Shown: positions 50,334-60,049 of the stretch, piece by piece
How positions within the stretch are numbered: position 1 is the first letter of the stretch
Layout of the letters: each line of letters opens with the position of its first letter
Origin: Candidatus Hermodarchaeota archaeon
GTDB lineage: Archaea; Asgardarchaeota; Lokiarchaeia; Sigyniarchaeales; SOKP01
Direction: 5' to 3'
DNA length: 64,000 nucleotides
Assembly (NCBI GenBank): GCA_048885525.1
Contig: JBHLLP010000003.1
Coordinates: forward strand, 64,001-128,000
Translations under genes and position numbers: made by a program
Notes under the pieces: model-generated
What the model was told of the DNA's origin: nothing
Seen by the model: the letters and a program-made list of their open reading frames with translations, nothing else
Databases searched by the model: none

Positions 50334-51428
50334 TTATTCATAATATTGTTCAAATAATTTTAATTCCTCTGAAATTACTTTTAATTTTGCCATTTCCTCT
50401 TCTGTTGGTGCCTCTTCCTTATAAATGTCATATTCTTTCAATTTGAGACTTTTTCTAACTTGCCTTTCTAATTTATTTATTTTTTGCTTTGTGGCAAAAA
50501 ATTTTATTATCTTGAACTTCAATTTAGTCAGAGGTTTCTCCCATTCTTTTATAAATTCACCATCTTGAATTTCCTTTAAAATTTCAGTCATCTTTGGTAT
50601 TAAATGAATTTTTCTGAATCGTATACCCCTACTCATAGCTCCGTATTGGCTTGTTTGAGAATGAAAATCCACTTGTTTAATTAAACCAACATCTGCCATC
50701 TTCTTATATGTATAAGACATCTCATTACTCATATACATTTCAACTAGTACTGCTTCAGGAGGGTATCCTGCTTCAATTAAAGTATAAATACTTGATAATA
50801 ACACTCTGCCAAATACTGGTCCAAATGCTTGTTCATTAAATAGATCTAACTCAGCTTCTTGTTTGAAAGTTAGCATTATTGCACCTTTTTTTAGTGTTCC
50901 AATTCCTTTAGCAAGAGCAAGCAAAAGTTCTTTAGCTTTTCCTGATGCATCTTGCTCTATAGCGATAAAACTAAAGAATCCTTCATTTTTCAAATAACTC
51001 TCTCTCACACCAACTCCTATCATTTTGGGTGCTATTAAGAGAACATCTACATTTGGTGGAGGCTTCAAAATCTTAAAACCGACGTTATATCCACTAGCAA
51101 ATACAATTGTGGATTCTAACTTAAGGTTTGGTTTAATTTCTTTCTCAAAAATTTCATTTAAAATCTCATCAGGGATTAATATAAATACTATATCAGATTT
51201 CTGAGTTGCTTCTTTAATAGAAAATACAGAAAAGTTATCACTTTCTGCAGTTCTCCAGTAATTATCTTTAATGTTTCCTATAATTACATTTAGCCCAGAA
51301 TCTCTTAAATTAAGGGCTTGGGCTCTACCTTGATTTCCGTATCCAACTATACTAATTGTCTTATTGTTTAAAGTTGAAAGATCTCCATCTGTCTCATGAA
51401 AAATATCTACCATACTTAATATCTCCAA
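50334..51428 (-). CDS. ilvC: Ketol-acid reductoisomerase (likely ATG start at 51413)
   Basis: GYGNQGRAQALNLRDSG, LIPDE, APK, E..LDLFNEQ, SQTSQYG. Confidence 0.9.
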   Translation of the reverse strand: MEILSMVDIFHETDGDLSTLNNKTISIVGYGNQGRAQALNLRDSGLNVIIGNIKDNYWRTAESDNFSVFSIKEATQKSDIVFILIPDEILNEIFEKEIKPNLKLESTIVFASGYNVGFKILKPPPNVDVLLIAPKMIGVGVRESYLKNEGFFSFIAIEQDASGKAKELLLALAKGIGTLKKGAIMLTFKQEAELDLFNEQAFGPVFGRVLLSSIYTLIEAGYPPEAVLVEMYMSNEMSYTYKKMADVGLIKQVDFHSQTSQYGAMSRGIRFRKIHLIPKMTEILKEIQDGEFIKEWEKPLTKLKFKIIKFFATKQKINKLERQVRKSLKLKEYDIYKEEAPTEEEMAKLKVISEELKLFEQYYE

Positions 51429-51486
51429 ATAAATACTTTATATGATATAAGAAAGAGCTTTCTTAAATAATAGTCGAAATAATTTT

Positions 51487-52095
51487 CTATTGCAATCGAT
51501 CGTAATCTAATTTATTCTTTTCAAGTATTCTAATAACAAGCTCTTTGAAAATTAATTCAATATTATAATTCTCTTTTGAAGATGTTTTATAAAAAATACT
51601 TTCTTCATGCCTTTTCATGAATCTATCAATTACTAAACCATCAACTCTCGCTTTTTCGTCTGCAGTCTTTATAAGATCACTTTTAGCTCCAATAAACATC
51701 CTAGGTGTATGTTCTTGGTTATAATCATCCAGCCGTTCATACCACCAATCTAATCTCAGTAAAGTTTGAATATCAATTAAATCGAATACCATAAAAATTC
51801 CGTTCGCCCCATTGATGTAATAAGGAAACAATTTTTTGAATTGTTCCCTTCCACCAAAATCCCATATACTAAGTCGTACGAATGAATCATCACCGTTTAC
51901 AATAACAGGAACATCTTTTGTGTAGAATTCAATACCGAGTGTTTCTTTAGTATTAACATCAAATGTATCAAAACATAATCTTTTTGCGATACAAGTTTTC
52001 CCTACTCTTTCTTGACCCAATATACAGATTTTAAAAATATAACTAGGCTTCTCTTTATCATCCATATTCATAAGAGGAGCATTAAATTTAGCCAT
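51487..52095 (-). CDS. Rab-like small GTPase
   Basis: FKICILGQERVGKT, TLGIEF, IWDFGG, YINGANG, GAKSD, TSSK. Confidence 0.88.
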   Translation of the reverse strand: MAKFNAPLMNMDDKEKPSYIFKICILGQERVGKTCIAKRLCFDTFDVNTKETLGIEFYTKDVPVIVNGDDSFVRLSIWDFGGREQFKKLFPYYINGANGIFMVFDLIDIQTLLRLDWWYERLDDYNQEHTPRMFIGAKSDLIKTADEKARVDGLVIDRFMKRHEESIFYKTSSKENYNIELIFKELVIRILEKNKLDYDRLQ

Positions 52096-52205
52096 GATTC
52101 TGATATTTTTTTATTATTGAAATTATCTAAATCTTATAATTAAAAATAAAAGCCGAGATTTATAAGTTTTGTACATAGTAACTTAACAACGATGTTGAAT
52201 GAGAT

Positions 52206-52670
52206 TTGAATGAAAAACAATTATTTCCAGATTATGAACCAAAAACAACTCCAGATACCATCTATGATTATTTAAGAAAACCAGATTCATTTGTTCATAA
52301 GATTCTAGAGGAAATTGGTCAACCGAGCTTAGAAAAACTGAAGCTCATTGTAGACTATTTTCATAGATATAAAAAGGCTGCAGATATGAATCCTGGAGGA
52401 TATGAAGAAGGAAATATTGCGATAGGAGCTAGCCAAGATCAATATTATCCCTCAGAAGAGGAGATCCTTGTTTCTGAATTGGGTAAAATGATTAAAGATA
52501 TTATTACTTCATATTCAAAAAAGCAAATTGAAAAAATTAAACAAAAAGAAAAAGTTCTCTCTCAAGCAATAATGTTTAATGAAATTATCTTTCGACATGT
52601 AGATGTAATGGGATCTGGTCGATTTTTTTATGCTGAGAAGAAGAAACCAAAAGTTGAGTTAAAATTATAA
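52206..52670 (+). CDS. Hypothetical protein
   Basis: 154-aa ORF with host-like codon usage filling the intergenic space; no family recognised. Confidence 0.65.
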   Translation: MNEKQLFPDYEPKTTPDTIYDYLRKPDSFVHKILEEIGQPSLEKLKLIVDYFHRYKKAADMNPGGYEEGNIAIGASQDQYYPSEEEILVSELGKMIKDIITSYSKKQIEKIKQKEKVLSQAIMFNEIIFRHVDVMGSGRFFYAEKKKPKVELKL

Positions 52671-52696
52671 AAATTCTATACCATTTTATGAAATAT

Positions 52697-53767
52697 TTAA
52701 GAGTTGATGCCTCTAGTGAAGGATTTTAAATTTAAATTTCCATTTGTAACGATTTCTACATAGGATGGTTGCATATGTTGCCAAGATCCACTATTCAATA
52801 TTTCTACATCCCGATTGTTTATCTTTCCGTAAGAAAAACCACTATGATGGGTATGTCCATATATAACGTGATTAATTTTTGAAAAGTTATACTTATCATC
52901 CTCTAAAAAATCTTTTATTCTATCAAAATAATAAACAGGATTACTCGTATTTTGCCACTTATTCATAATGCGCATGTTAGTCTTAATTAATTTAAATTCT
53001 ACAGGACTTAATCCTGAAAAAAGTGTATTTATTGATTCAATTGACATGTTTTTTAGTGAAACTAGCTCTTCTTTCATCTGATCTAACGAAATAGGTTTGA
53101 TTTTTCTTCCCTCTTTAATCACTTCATTCCAAAAATAATCGAAGGTTTCTTTTATTTCAAAATTATTATTGGAAATTAAAGATTTCCATATCTGCCCTAC
53201 AAAAAATCGATACATATCACTATCAAATTGATATCCATGTGTCATAAAACAGTAATAATCCGTGTCTAAATCAAGTCCTTCAATTTTTATTTTCTTTATT
53301 GGATTATTTTCAATTTGATCTCGTGAATCGTATAATAAAAGTATGGCTTCGTTATTGTGCTTTTTTAGTAATAAATAGTGACAGTATAATTCTTCATTAA
53401 ATAATTCGCTAAAATCGCTATTTTTAAACTTGTTCAAAAACTTATGTTCCCGACGTTTAAATTTTTCATCATAATCTCCAGTAACAGGAATCTCATGATT
53501 TCCAAGGGTTATAATAAGATTATTTGATTTTTTAATGTCAAGCAAAAGTTTAAAAATTTCTTGGATTTTTTTCCTTTTTAAAATACCTTCGGGAACATCC
53601 ATACATAAATCAATAAAGTCTCCCAGTATTATAAGAGCTTGTAACTCACTCCCAAATTCTCCATTAATAATGTCCTTTAAAAAGTGAATAAATAAATCCC
53701 TTTCACAATCCAAGGAACCTAAGTGAATGTCCGAAACAATTAATATCTTTGGTTTGATTTCACCCAC
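52697..53767 (-). CDS. Calcineurin-like metallophosphoesterase
   Basis: SDIHLG, LGDFID, GNHE, THG, YGHTH, NSGSW. Confidence 0.88.
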   Translation of the reverse strand: MGEIKPKILIVSDIHLGSLDCERDLFIHFLKDIINGEFGSELQALIILGDFIDLCMDVPEGILKRKKIQEIFKLLLDIKKSNNLIITLGNHEIPVTGDYDEKFKRREHKFLNKFKNSDFSELFNEELYCHYLLLKKHNNEAILLLYDSRDQIENNPIKKIKIEGLDLDTDYYCFMTHGYQFDSDMYRFFVGQIWKSLISNNNFEIKETFDYFWNEVIKEGRKIKPISLDQMKEELVSLKNMSIESINTLFSGLSPVEFKLIKTNMRIMNKWQNTSNPVYYFDRIKDFLEDDKYNFSKINHVIYGHTHHSGFSYGKINNRDVEILNSGSWQHMQPSYVEIVTNGNLNLKSFTRGINS

Positions 53768-54278
53768 TTTTTATCATACCTTTATCGTATTTATTATTAA
53801 AATCTAATTAAAATAGAATACACTAAAATTATTAAGTAGATTGCTTAAAGTTTAAATTTGAGTATAAAAGAAATAAAGAATAAAAAATAAGAATTTTAAA
53901 AAGTCTTAAATTATACCTCAAAAATATTATATTGTAAAATTTATCAACGGTAAACAGGAAGAATTTTTATCTTCTATAATATGGACTAAAGAATCATTAA
54001 AAAATTCTTCCCAACTATAAACAAGTTTATATTACTAGGATCACAATTGTATCATTTGAAATCTAAAATTGATCAATTCTAATTAACTGAATTCACTAAT
54101 AAAAAATTTGTTAATTTTTTTGATGAATTTTTTTTGTCGACTAAATTTGATTGATCAGATTTATCGGATTAATGATGATCAAACAACATATTTAAATATA
54201 AGAAATACTAATTAAAATTTAAATACACTTTAAAAAAAAGAATAAAATTTTAATATAAATTAGTGGAGGAATAAAAAA

Positions 54279-54485
54279 ATGGCCGCATTTGCATGGAGTC
54301 CACTACGGGCTCTAATGAAGAAAGCTGGAGCAGAAATCGTAAGTCGAGCCGCAGTTGATAAATTAATGGATTATTTAGAAGAATATGCAAAAAATTTAAC
54401 TGGTTGTGCGCTTGATATTGCTAAACACTCCGGCAGAAAGAAAGTAACCGCTGCAGATATGAAAATCGCTATCGGCTTAGTATAA
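54279..54485 (+). CDS. Archaeal histone (HMf-type fold)
   Basis: LMKKAGAEIVS..AV, AKHSGRKKVTAADM; GGAGG SD upstream. Confidence 0.93.
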   Translation: MAAFAWSPLRALMKKAGAEIVSRAAVDKLMDYLEEYAKNLTGCALDIAKHSGRKKVTAADMKIAIGLV

Positions 54486-54532
54486 GTCTTTAAAGAAGGT
54501 TCATTTTTATGCGATTTTAATATTTCCAGCAA

Positions 54533-54550
54533 TTTTTTTTATTTTTTTAT
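54533..54550 (+). terminator. Putative oligo-T archaeal terminator after the histone gene
   Basis: TTTTTTTTATTTTTTTAT about 50 nt after the stop codon. Confidence 0.4.
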
Positions 54551-54628
54551 TATTCTTCTTATATACACTCCAAATAGATATATTCATGGACTATTTTTTA
54601 GATAAAAAAAAAAATTAAATGAGAATAT

Positions 54629-55099
54629 TTAAGAAGTGTATTTAGTTGTTGCTTCTGAATATATAGTATCTTTAGCATAATCAAAAGATGCTATATGGTC
54701 AGGTGTTACTGAAATTTTTACCCATTCTCCTATTTCGGATAAGCCTTTATAATAACCTTTTGCTTCCTTTTGAGGCATGTATCTACTGAATATGGAAATT
54801 GCTGTTTCTTCTAAAATCTTCTCATCTATATTTGCTTTACCATAAATTATAACACCCCTAGTTGGTGGCCCATATTCATCAATTAGGATTGTAACACTAT
54901 TATTTCGACCAAAATTTCGCACCCTTCTACTAGTTTTAGGTGCTCCTATAATTATTTTCCCATTTTCATAATTATACCACACAGGTACAGCATGAATAGT
55001 GCCATCTTTATTATGAGAACATATTCTAGCAACTTTAGCAGTTTTTATAAATTCTTCAATTTCCTTATCAGTTAAATGAGGAGGTTGTGTATATGACAT
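54629..55099 (-). CDS. Pyridoxamine 5'-phosphate oxidase-like (FMN/F420-binding split barrel) protein
   Basis: DGTIHAVPVWY, RVRNF.RN..V.ILID, GVIIYGKA, SFDY. Confidence 0.82.
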   Translation of the reverse strand: MSYTQPPHLTDKEIEEFIKTAKVARICSHNKDGTIHAVPVWYNYENGKIIIGAPKTSRRVRNFGRNNSVTILIDEYGPPTRGVIIYGKANIDEKILEETAISIFSRYMPQKEAKGYYKGLSEIGEWVKISVTPDHIASFDYAKDTIYSEATTKYTS

Positions 55100-55278
55100 T
55101 TTAGCCCTCTATTTAATATAATAAAAAAAAGAAAGAATTATTATTTATAAATGCAGTATCTTTTTAAAGCTCTATATTTATTTCAGTGTATTCAAAATGC
55201 TGTTAATTTAATATAATAATAATAATTTTACTGAATATAGTTCAAATTATTTTTTATAACAAAAGGGAAGTTAAAATA

Positions 55279-55833
55279 TTGTTAGAAAGGTTTAAAGAAT
55301 CACCTAAAGATAAATATGTTATTCTAATTACGCTATTTGGCTTAGCTATAGTAATATTGACTTATATACTAATTTTCATGCCTATTGAGGTGGCAGTTCC
55401 AACTTATGGAATTTTAGATTACGAATTTGCCTGGACTCCCGAAAAAGTAGGAATTATCTTTTCAGTATGGGGTGCTGATGGTATAAATAGACAAATATCG
55501 GCAATATATTGGGATTTTTTGTATATTATAGGATATGTTTCTTTGGCTCTTGGATTGATTTTCCTGGTGTTAAGGAGATCAGAAGGAAAAATTCGAACAC
55601 TTGGACTTTATTTTACTCTTACACCTTTTTTAACAGGAATTTTTGATATTATCGAAAACATAAATCTATTAATAATGCTGAGCACTCCTATCTCAATCTC
55701 GACAATAAATCCATTTATAGCATCCTTAAGTGCATTAATAAAGTTCATTTTTTTATTTTCTGCAATAGCATATTTTATTATAGCTATAATTATCTTAGTT
55801 ATAAATAGAGTTAGAAAGCATGAAAAAAAATAA
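55279..55833 (+). CDS. Hypothetical membrane protein
   Basis: Four TM helices; YEFAWT, WDFLY, FDIIEN, KF motifs. Confidence 0.7.
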   Translation: MLERFKESPKDKYVILITLFGLAIVILTYILIFMPIEVAVPTYGILDYEFAWTPEKVGIIFSVWGADGINRQISAIYWDFLYIIGYVSLALGLIFLVLRRSEGKIRTLGLYFTLTPFLTGIFDIIENINLLIMLSTPISISTINPFIASLSALIKFIFLFSAIAYFIIAIIILVINRVRKHEKK

Positions 55834-55912
55834 CAAATTTTAATTTTTTTAATTTAATTACTAAATCTACTTACTTTCTTTTTTTAAATTTTCTATAATT
55901 TCTACATTATTT

Positions 55913-56095
55913 ATGACAATAAACATTAGTTGTATTAAATGTGGAGGTTCGATGTCAAGCAATAATATATTACGTTCAGATGGGAATAAGTTAACGCAAC
56001 ATTATTGTAACAGTTGTGGATATCATTATGAATCAGGATTTCGTTATAACTCATTAACTAAACAATATATTAAATATATACGTTTTAATCCTTAA
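55913..56095 (+). CDS. Small zinc-ribbon protein
   Basis: CIKCGG...CNSCGY, 60 aa. Confidence 0.55.
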   Translation: MTINISCIKCGGSMSSNNILRSDGNKLTQHYCNSCGYHYESGFRYNSLTKQYIKYIRFNP

Positions 56096-56106
56096 TTTCA
56101 TATATT

Positions 56107-56601
56107 CTAAATTTCTATTGTCTTTTGCATCCAAATTATATCAAACGGTTTGTTGAACTTTTTAGCAATATTTTTAAACCTTCCACATTCACTAAAACCA
56201 TGCTTTTTATGAAATTTTAAACTCTGTTTATTTAAAGATGATAGGTGAACAAGAAATACGGAAATTCCTTTACTTATTGCATCTTCTACCAATTTATTCA
56301 ACAAAATCGTACCAAAGCCTTTATTAGTATATTCAGGTTTAATGAAATAACTTAATTGTCCAGTATGCTTGAAATTATCATAGGGTAAATAATTTCTTAA
56401 AAAGGCGAAGCCTGTAATTTCCTGTCCGATTTCTAGAATAATAAATGAAATAGAGTCTTTAATTAGGTGATTTATGAAGTCAATATTAACCTCTTTTTCA
56501 GAATATACTGCAAATCCATTTATAACATGATAATTAAAAATTGATAAAATAGAACTTATGTCAGATTCTTTTAAGTCCCTAATTTTAAATTCATACTGCA
56601 T
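56107..56601 (-). CDS. GNAT N-acetyltransferase (YncA/Pat-like)
   Basis: IFNYHV, NKGFGT.LL, N..SLKFHKKHGF..CG, DIIWMQK. Confidence 0.88.
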   Translation of the reverse strand: MQYEFKIRDLKESDISSILSIFNYHVINGFAVYSEKEVNIDFINHLIKDSISFIILEIGQEITGFAFLRNYLPYDNFKHTGQLSYFIKPEYTNKGFGTILLNKLVEDAISKGISVFLVHLSSLNKQSLKFHKKHGFSECGRFKNIAKKFNKPFDIIWMQKTIEI

Positions 56602-56683
56602 TAATAGTACTTAATTTAGCTTTGGCATTTAAGATTATTTTACTTAAATGTATAGTTTAATATTTGGTTGATCATATACATTT

Positions 56684-57208
56684 TTAGCTAGAATACTTTT
56701 CGAAAAGAATTTCTGTTATAACATTAAAAGCTTTTTCAACATTTACCCCTGTTTTAGATGACAATTCAATAAAAGCAGCAAGATTGTATTTTTTTGCTGC
56801 TAAAATTCCATCATCTCTAGTGATTGCTCGAAATTCGATCAAATCTACTTTTGAACCAATCAACATTATAGGTATATCCCCCGCATGTTCTCTGATAACT
56901 TGAGTCCAATCTGGCAAGTGATCTAGGGATTTTTGATTGGTGATATCGTATAAGAAAAAAGCACCATTCGCACCTTTGCTATATTGAGATAGTAAAAATC
57001 GAAATCTTTCTTCTCCTCCAAAATCCCAAATTTGTAATTTTACCTTTTTATCTCTAAAAGATGTTGTCTTAGAATAGAAATCAACGCCTATTGTTAATTT
57101 TAGATCTTCCATAAAAAATCCCGAAATGTATCTCATTGTGAGTGAAGTCTTCCCAACGGAAGCATCACCTAACATCATGATTTTAAAAGTGTAATCGTAA
57201 TCTGTCAT
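56684..57208 (-). CDS. Rab-like small GTPase
   Basis: FKIMMLGDASVGKTSL, TIGVDF, KLQIWDFGGEERFR, GSKVD, LSSKTG.NV. Confidence 0.92.
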   Translation of the reverse strand: MTDYDYTFKIMMLGDASVGKTSLTMRYISGFFMEDLKLTIGVDFYSKTTSFRDKKVKLQIWDFGGEERFRFLLSQYSKGANGAFFLYDITNQKSLDHLPDWTQVIREHAGDIPIMLIGSKVDLIEFRAITRDDGILAAKKYNLAAFIELSSKTGVNVEKAFNVITEILFEKYSS

Positions 57209-57341
57209 TTTTTCGATTGCTCGGATATTTTGAGATTCTCTTAGGGAATTAACAAAATAAATTTAAAATTATTATTGAAATTTACCTAATAATAATTAAT
57301 TTTTGTCTAATTTAAAATTAATATTTTATTATAAGTAAAAA

Positions 57342-57983
57342 TCAAATTAACAATATGAGAATATTAAAGCAAGAATGAGCAATTGAACAAGGAATTATTG
57401 AATAATTATAGTACACATAAATTAGAGATAGCAATATACCAAAGATAAAATAATACCCAAAAAAAGTTATAATTGTTGTTATTGGTACTAATAATGGAGG
57501 GAGATGATAAATTGTAAAAAATATTGAAGAAATAATAATTGAATAGCTTATCTTCAATTTTGTTTTTATTTTTTGTATAAGATAGCCTCTGAAAAAAGCT
57601 TCTTCGCAAGGACCTATAATAATTATTTGTAAAATTACCAATATTATTAATTGACCCAAATTAGGTAGAATAGGAGTTGTGTCTATAACACCTTCTTGTC
57701 CAAGTTCGATAAATTCAGAACCAAATAAATTCCGTACGATAAAATCCCTAAAAAAAATGATTATATAATTCCCAAAAAAAAAGAAGAGGATTCCAAAACT
57801 TAAGCCTGATATGATTTTAATTAAAATATCTTCATTTTTTTGAAATCCCATCTGGTTTATAGCATCTTTAAAAGAAATTTTTTCCAATTTACTAGAGACT
57901 AAAGCTGGAACAATAACAAATAAAAGTTCAAAAATTGTTAATCCTATCAAAATCCAAGGATTTTCTCCCAACTGTATAGTCAT
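57342..57983 (-). CDS. CPBP (Rce1/Abi-like) intramembrane glutamic protease
   Basis: EEAFFRG, FTIYH, AH..FN. Confidence 0.88.
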   Translation of the reverse strand: MTIQLGENPWILIGLTIFELLFVIVPALVSSKLEKISFKDAINQMGFQKNEDILIKIISGLSFGILFFFFGNYIIIFFRDFIVRNLFGSEFIELGQEGVIDTTPILPNLGQLIILVILQIIIIGPCEEAFFRGYLIQKIKTKLKISYSIIISSIFFTIYHLPPLLVPITTIITFFGYYFIFGILLSLIYVYYNYSIIPCSIAHSCFNILILLI

Positions 57984-58076
57984 TCTTTTTATACAAATGT
58001 TTTTAATTAGTACTCAAAAATCAAAAAATTAAATATCTCATTATTATTATTTTTAATTCTATTATTTGTAGTTTTA

Positions 58077-59357
58077 ATGACAGTTAGGAATAAGAGTGTA
58101 AAAATAGAATTAAAAAAATTCAATATTCATTTTAATAATAAAGAAACTACTAATAATCCAGGATTAACAAAGGAACAACTGCTATTAAAGGATCTTAAAG
58201 CTATTGCAAAAGAGTACTTAATTGTTGAAAAATTAAAAAAAAATTTTGTTAACATACTATTGAAAAACCTAAATAACATAGATTTCTCAACGTTCATCAA
58301 TTTTCCCCGATTTTACATTAAAGAAGAAAATTTAAAAAAGGGGGTTTCTTCCGCTAATGTTAGAGGATTAAATGTTGTAAGTGTTGACGGAAGTTCGGTT
58401 ACTAAAAAATTTATGAATGTAGATTTCTCATTCTTAAAGGCCATCGCAGTAAAATATTATTTCCAAAAAAATCATACTGCAAACATTATTTATTATCCTG
58501 ATTTAAGTGGATTTAATAATTATTATGTACAAGCAAATTTCCTCAATCAAGATGAAACTGCTGTAGAAACTAAAGTCTCAATTGACATGAATTTCATGGA
58601 AATCAACCTTTTGAATAACCTAATAAGAAAATCTCCTGATATTGATATGATAATAATTGATGGATCGATTGTTATTATGCCAATTAATTTATTATTCTCC
58701 AAAGATCCAGAAATATCGAGAAAATATGATAAACTTCTGAAAGAATATCATACTTTATATTCATATTGTAAAGAAAATGGGATAATATTAATCGGCTCAA
58801 TTAAAGATACGAGAACTTCGGCATTAGCACATCTTTTACGAGATTCGATTCAATTATTAAAGCCAAGCTATTCAAACTTAACTGACTTTATTAAAATAAA
58901 TTACCGAACTATAATTGAATTTTTCTCAGATATTGATTTATTTAATCGTCTATTGAAGAAGGCTGAAAGATCTTGCATTTTTAACTGTAAAAGAGAAATT
59001 GATAAAATAAGAGACACGGGCATTAAAAAAGAAATTCCTTACTATTTTCCTCTGTCATTTTATGCATTTTATTTAAAAACTGCTCACTATGATACTCCTT
59101 GTAGAATAGAATTCTTTATGGATGAAAATCACGCTTATAAAAAAGCATCAGAGAAAGCAGATTTAATTTCTTCCATATTATTACCAATTTCAAGTTTGAA
59201 TGAATATTATGGTTTACCAATTCCTCAAATAGAAGCTCATAAGAGAACAGTTTTTAAACCTAAAGAAGTAGACTTATTACTTAATAATTTAACTAGGACT
59301 TTAAATACCCATGGTATTTCTCTATTAGAAAAAAGAAGAAATAGAAGACCGTTTTAA
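58077..59357 (+). CDS. nurA: NurA-family nuclease
   Basis: SVDGS, IIDGSI, IGSIKD, RIEF, YGLPIPQIEAH. Confidence 0.82.
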   Translation: MTVRNKSVKIELKKFNIHFNNKETTNNPGLTKEQLLLKDLKAIAKEYLIVEKLKKNFVNILLKNLNNIDFSTFINFPRFYIKEENLKKGVSSANVRGLNVVSVDGSSVTKKFMNVDFSFLKAIAVKYYFQKNHTANIIYYPDLSGFNNYYVQANFLNQDETAVETKVSIDMNFMEINLLNNLIRKSPDIDMIIIDGSIVIMPINLLFSKDPEISRKYDKLLKEYHTLYSYCKENGIILIGSIKDTRTSALAHLLRDSIQLLKPSYSNLTDFIKINYRTIIEFFSDIDLFNRLLKKAERSCIFNCKREIDKIRDTGIKKEIPYYFPLSFYAFYLKTAHYDTPCRIEFFMDENHAYKKASEKADLISSILLPISSLNEYYGLPIPQIEAHKRTVFKPKEVDLLLNNLTRTLNTHGISLLEKRRNRRPF

Positions 59358-60049
59358 TAAGTCTTATATGTTAATTTATTTAGAAGAATATCTTCAAAGA
59401 AAATATGACGTTTTTCTACAATTTCATTTTTATAACCCAAATTATTAATTATTCTATTTAATTCTAATAAGTTCGTCCTGCTTGATGTAATACAATAAAT
59501 CTTACTTTTTTTCTCTAAATTTAGAAAAAGTTTTGCATCTTTAAGAAAATTGATTAAAGTTTCGTTTCCTTTTACTCCACCTGCCCAACTATAATCAATG
59601 TTTTTTTTATAATCATCTTTATTTATTAATTCTGAGGATGGCAAATATGGGGGATTGAAAACAATAATATTAAAAGAATGCTTTAAATTTTCTGGAAAAG
59701 ATGTAAATAAATCAGAATGTAAAAATGTTATTTCTTCATTGATCTGATTTGCTGTTTCGTTTAGTTGAGCACACCTTATAGCATCTTCCAAAATATCCGA
59801 CGCATAAATTTTTGGATTAAATAAGGGATTTTGATTTTTGAGCAATTGAAAAAAAATAGCGATTATACCGGTTCCAGTTCCTAAATCTAAAATATATTTA
59901 ATCTCACTTATCTCAATATCATTAAAATGAGTGTTAGTAATCACTTGTTTGAAATAATCAATTAGGAGATAACTATCATCAGAAGGAGCATATACATTTT
60001 GATAATCGCAACTTATTGTAGGGTCAGGTAAGGAAGGAATGGGCTTCAT
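59354..60049 (-). CDS. HemK2/PrmC-like methyltransferase
   Basis: VYAPSDDSYLL, LDLGTGTG, FNPPYLP, WAGG..G. Confidence 0.88.
   Translation of the reverse strand: MKPIPSLPDPTISCDYQNVYAPSDDSYLLIDYFKQVITNTHFNDIEISEIKYILDLGTGTGIIAIFFQLLKNQNPLFNPKIYASDILEDAIRCAQLNETANQINEEITFLHSDLFTSFPENLKHSFNIIVFNPPYLPSSELINKDDYKKNIDYSWAGGVKGNETLINFLKDAKLFLNLEKKSKIYCITSSRTNLLELNRIINNLGYKNEIVEKRHIFFEDILLNKLTYKTY

Noticed and set aside
54140-54185. SECIS-like or other structured RNA upstream of the histone gene (TTTGAT...ATGATCAAA)
   Set aside because: Weak AT-rich pairing and no UGA-containing selenoprotein candidate nearby
56684-57983. CPBP protease as a CAAX-processing enzyme for the adjacent GTPase
   Set aside because: The GTPase ends in ...EKYSS with no cysteine; only the adjacency is reported
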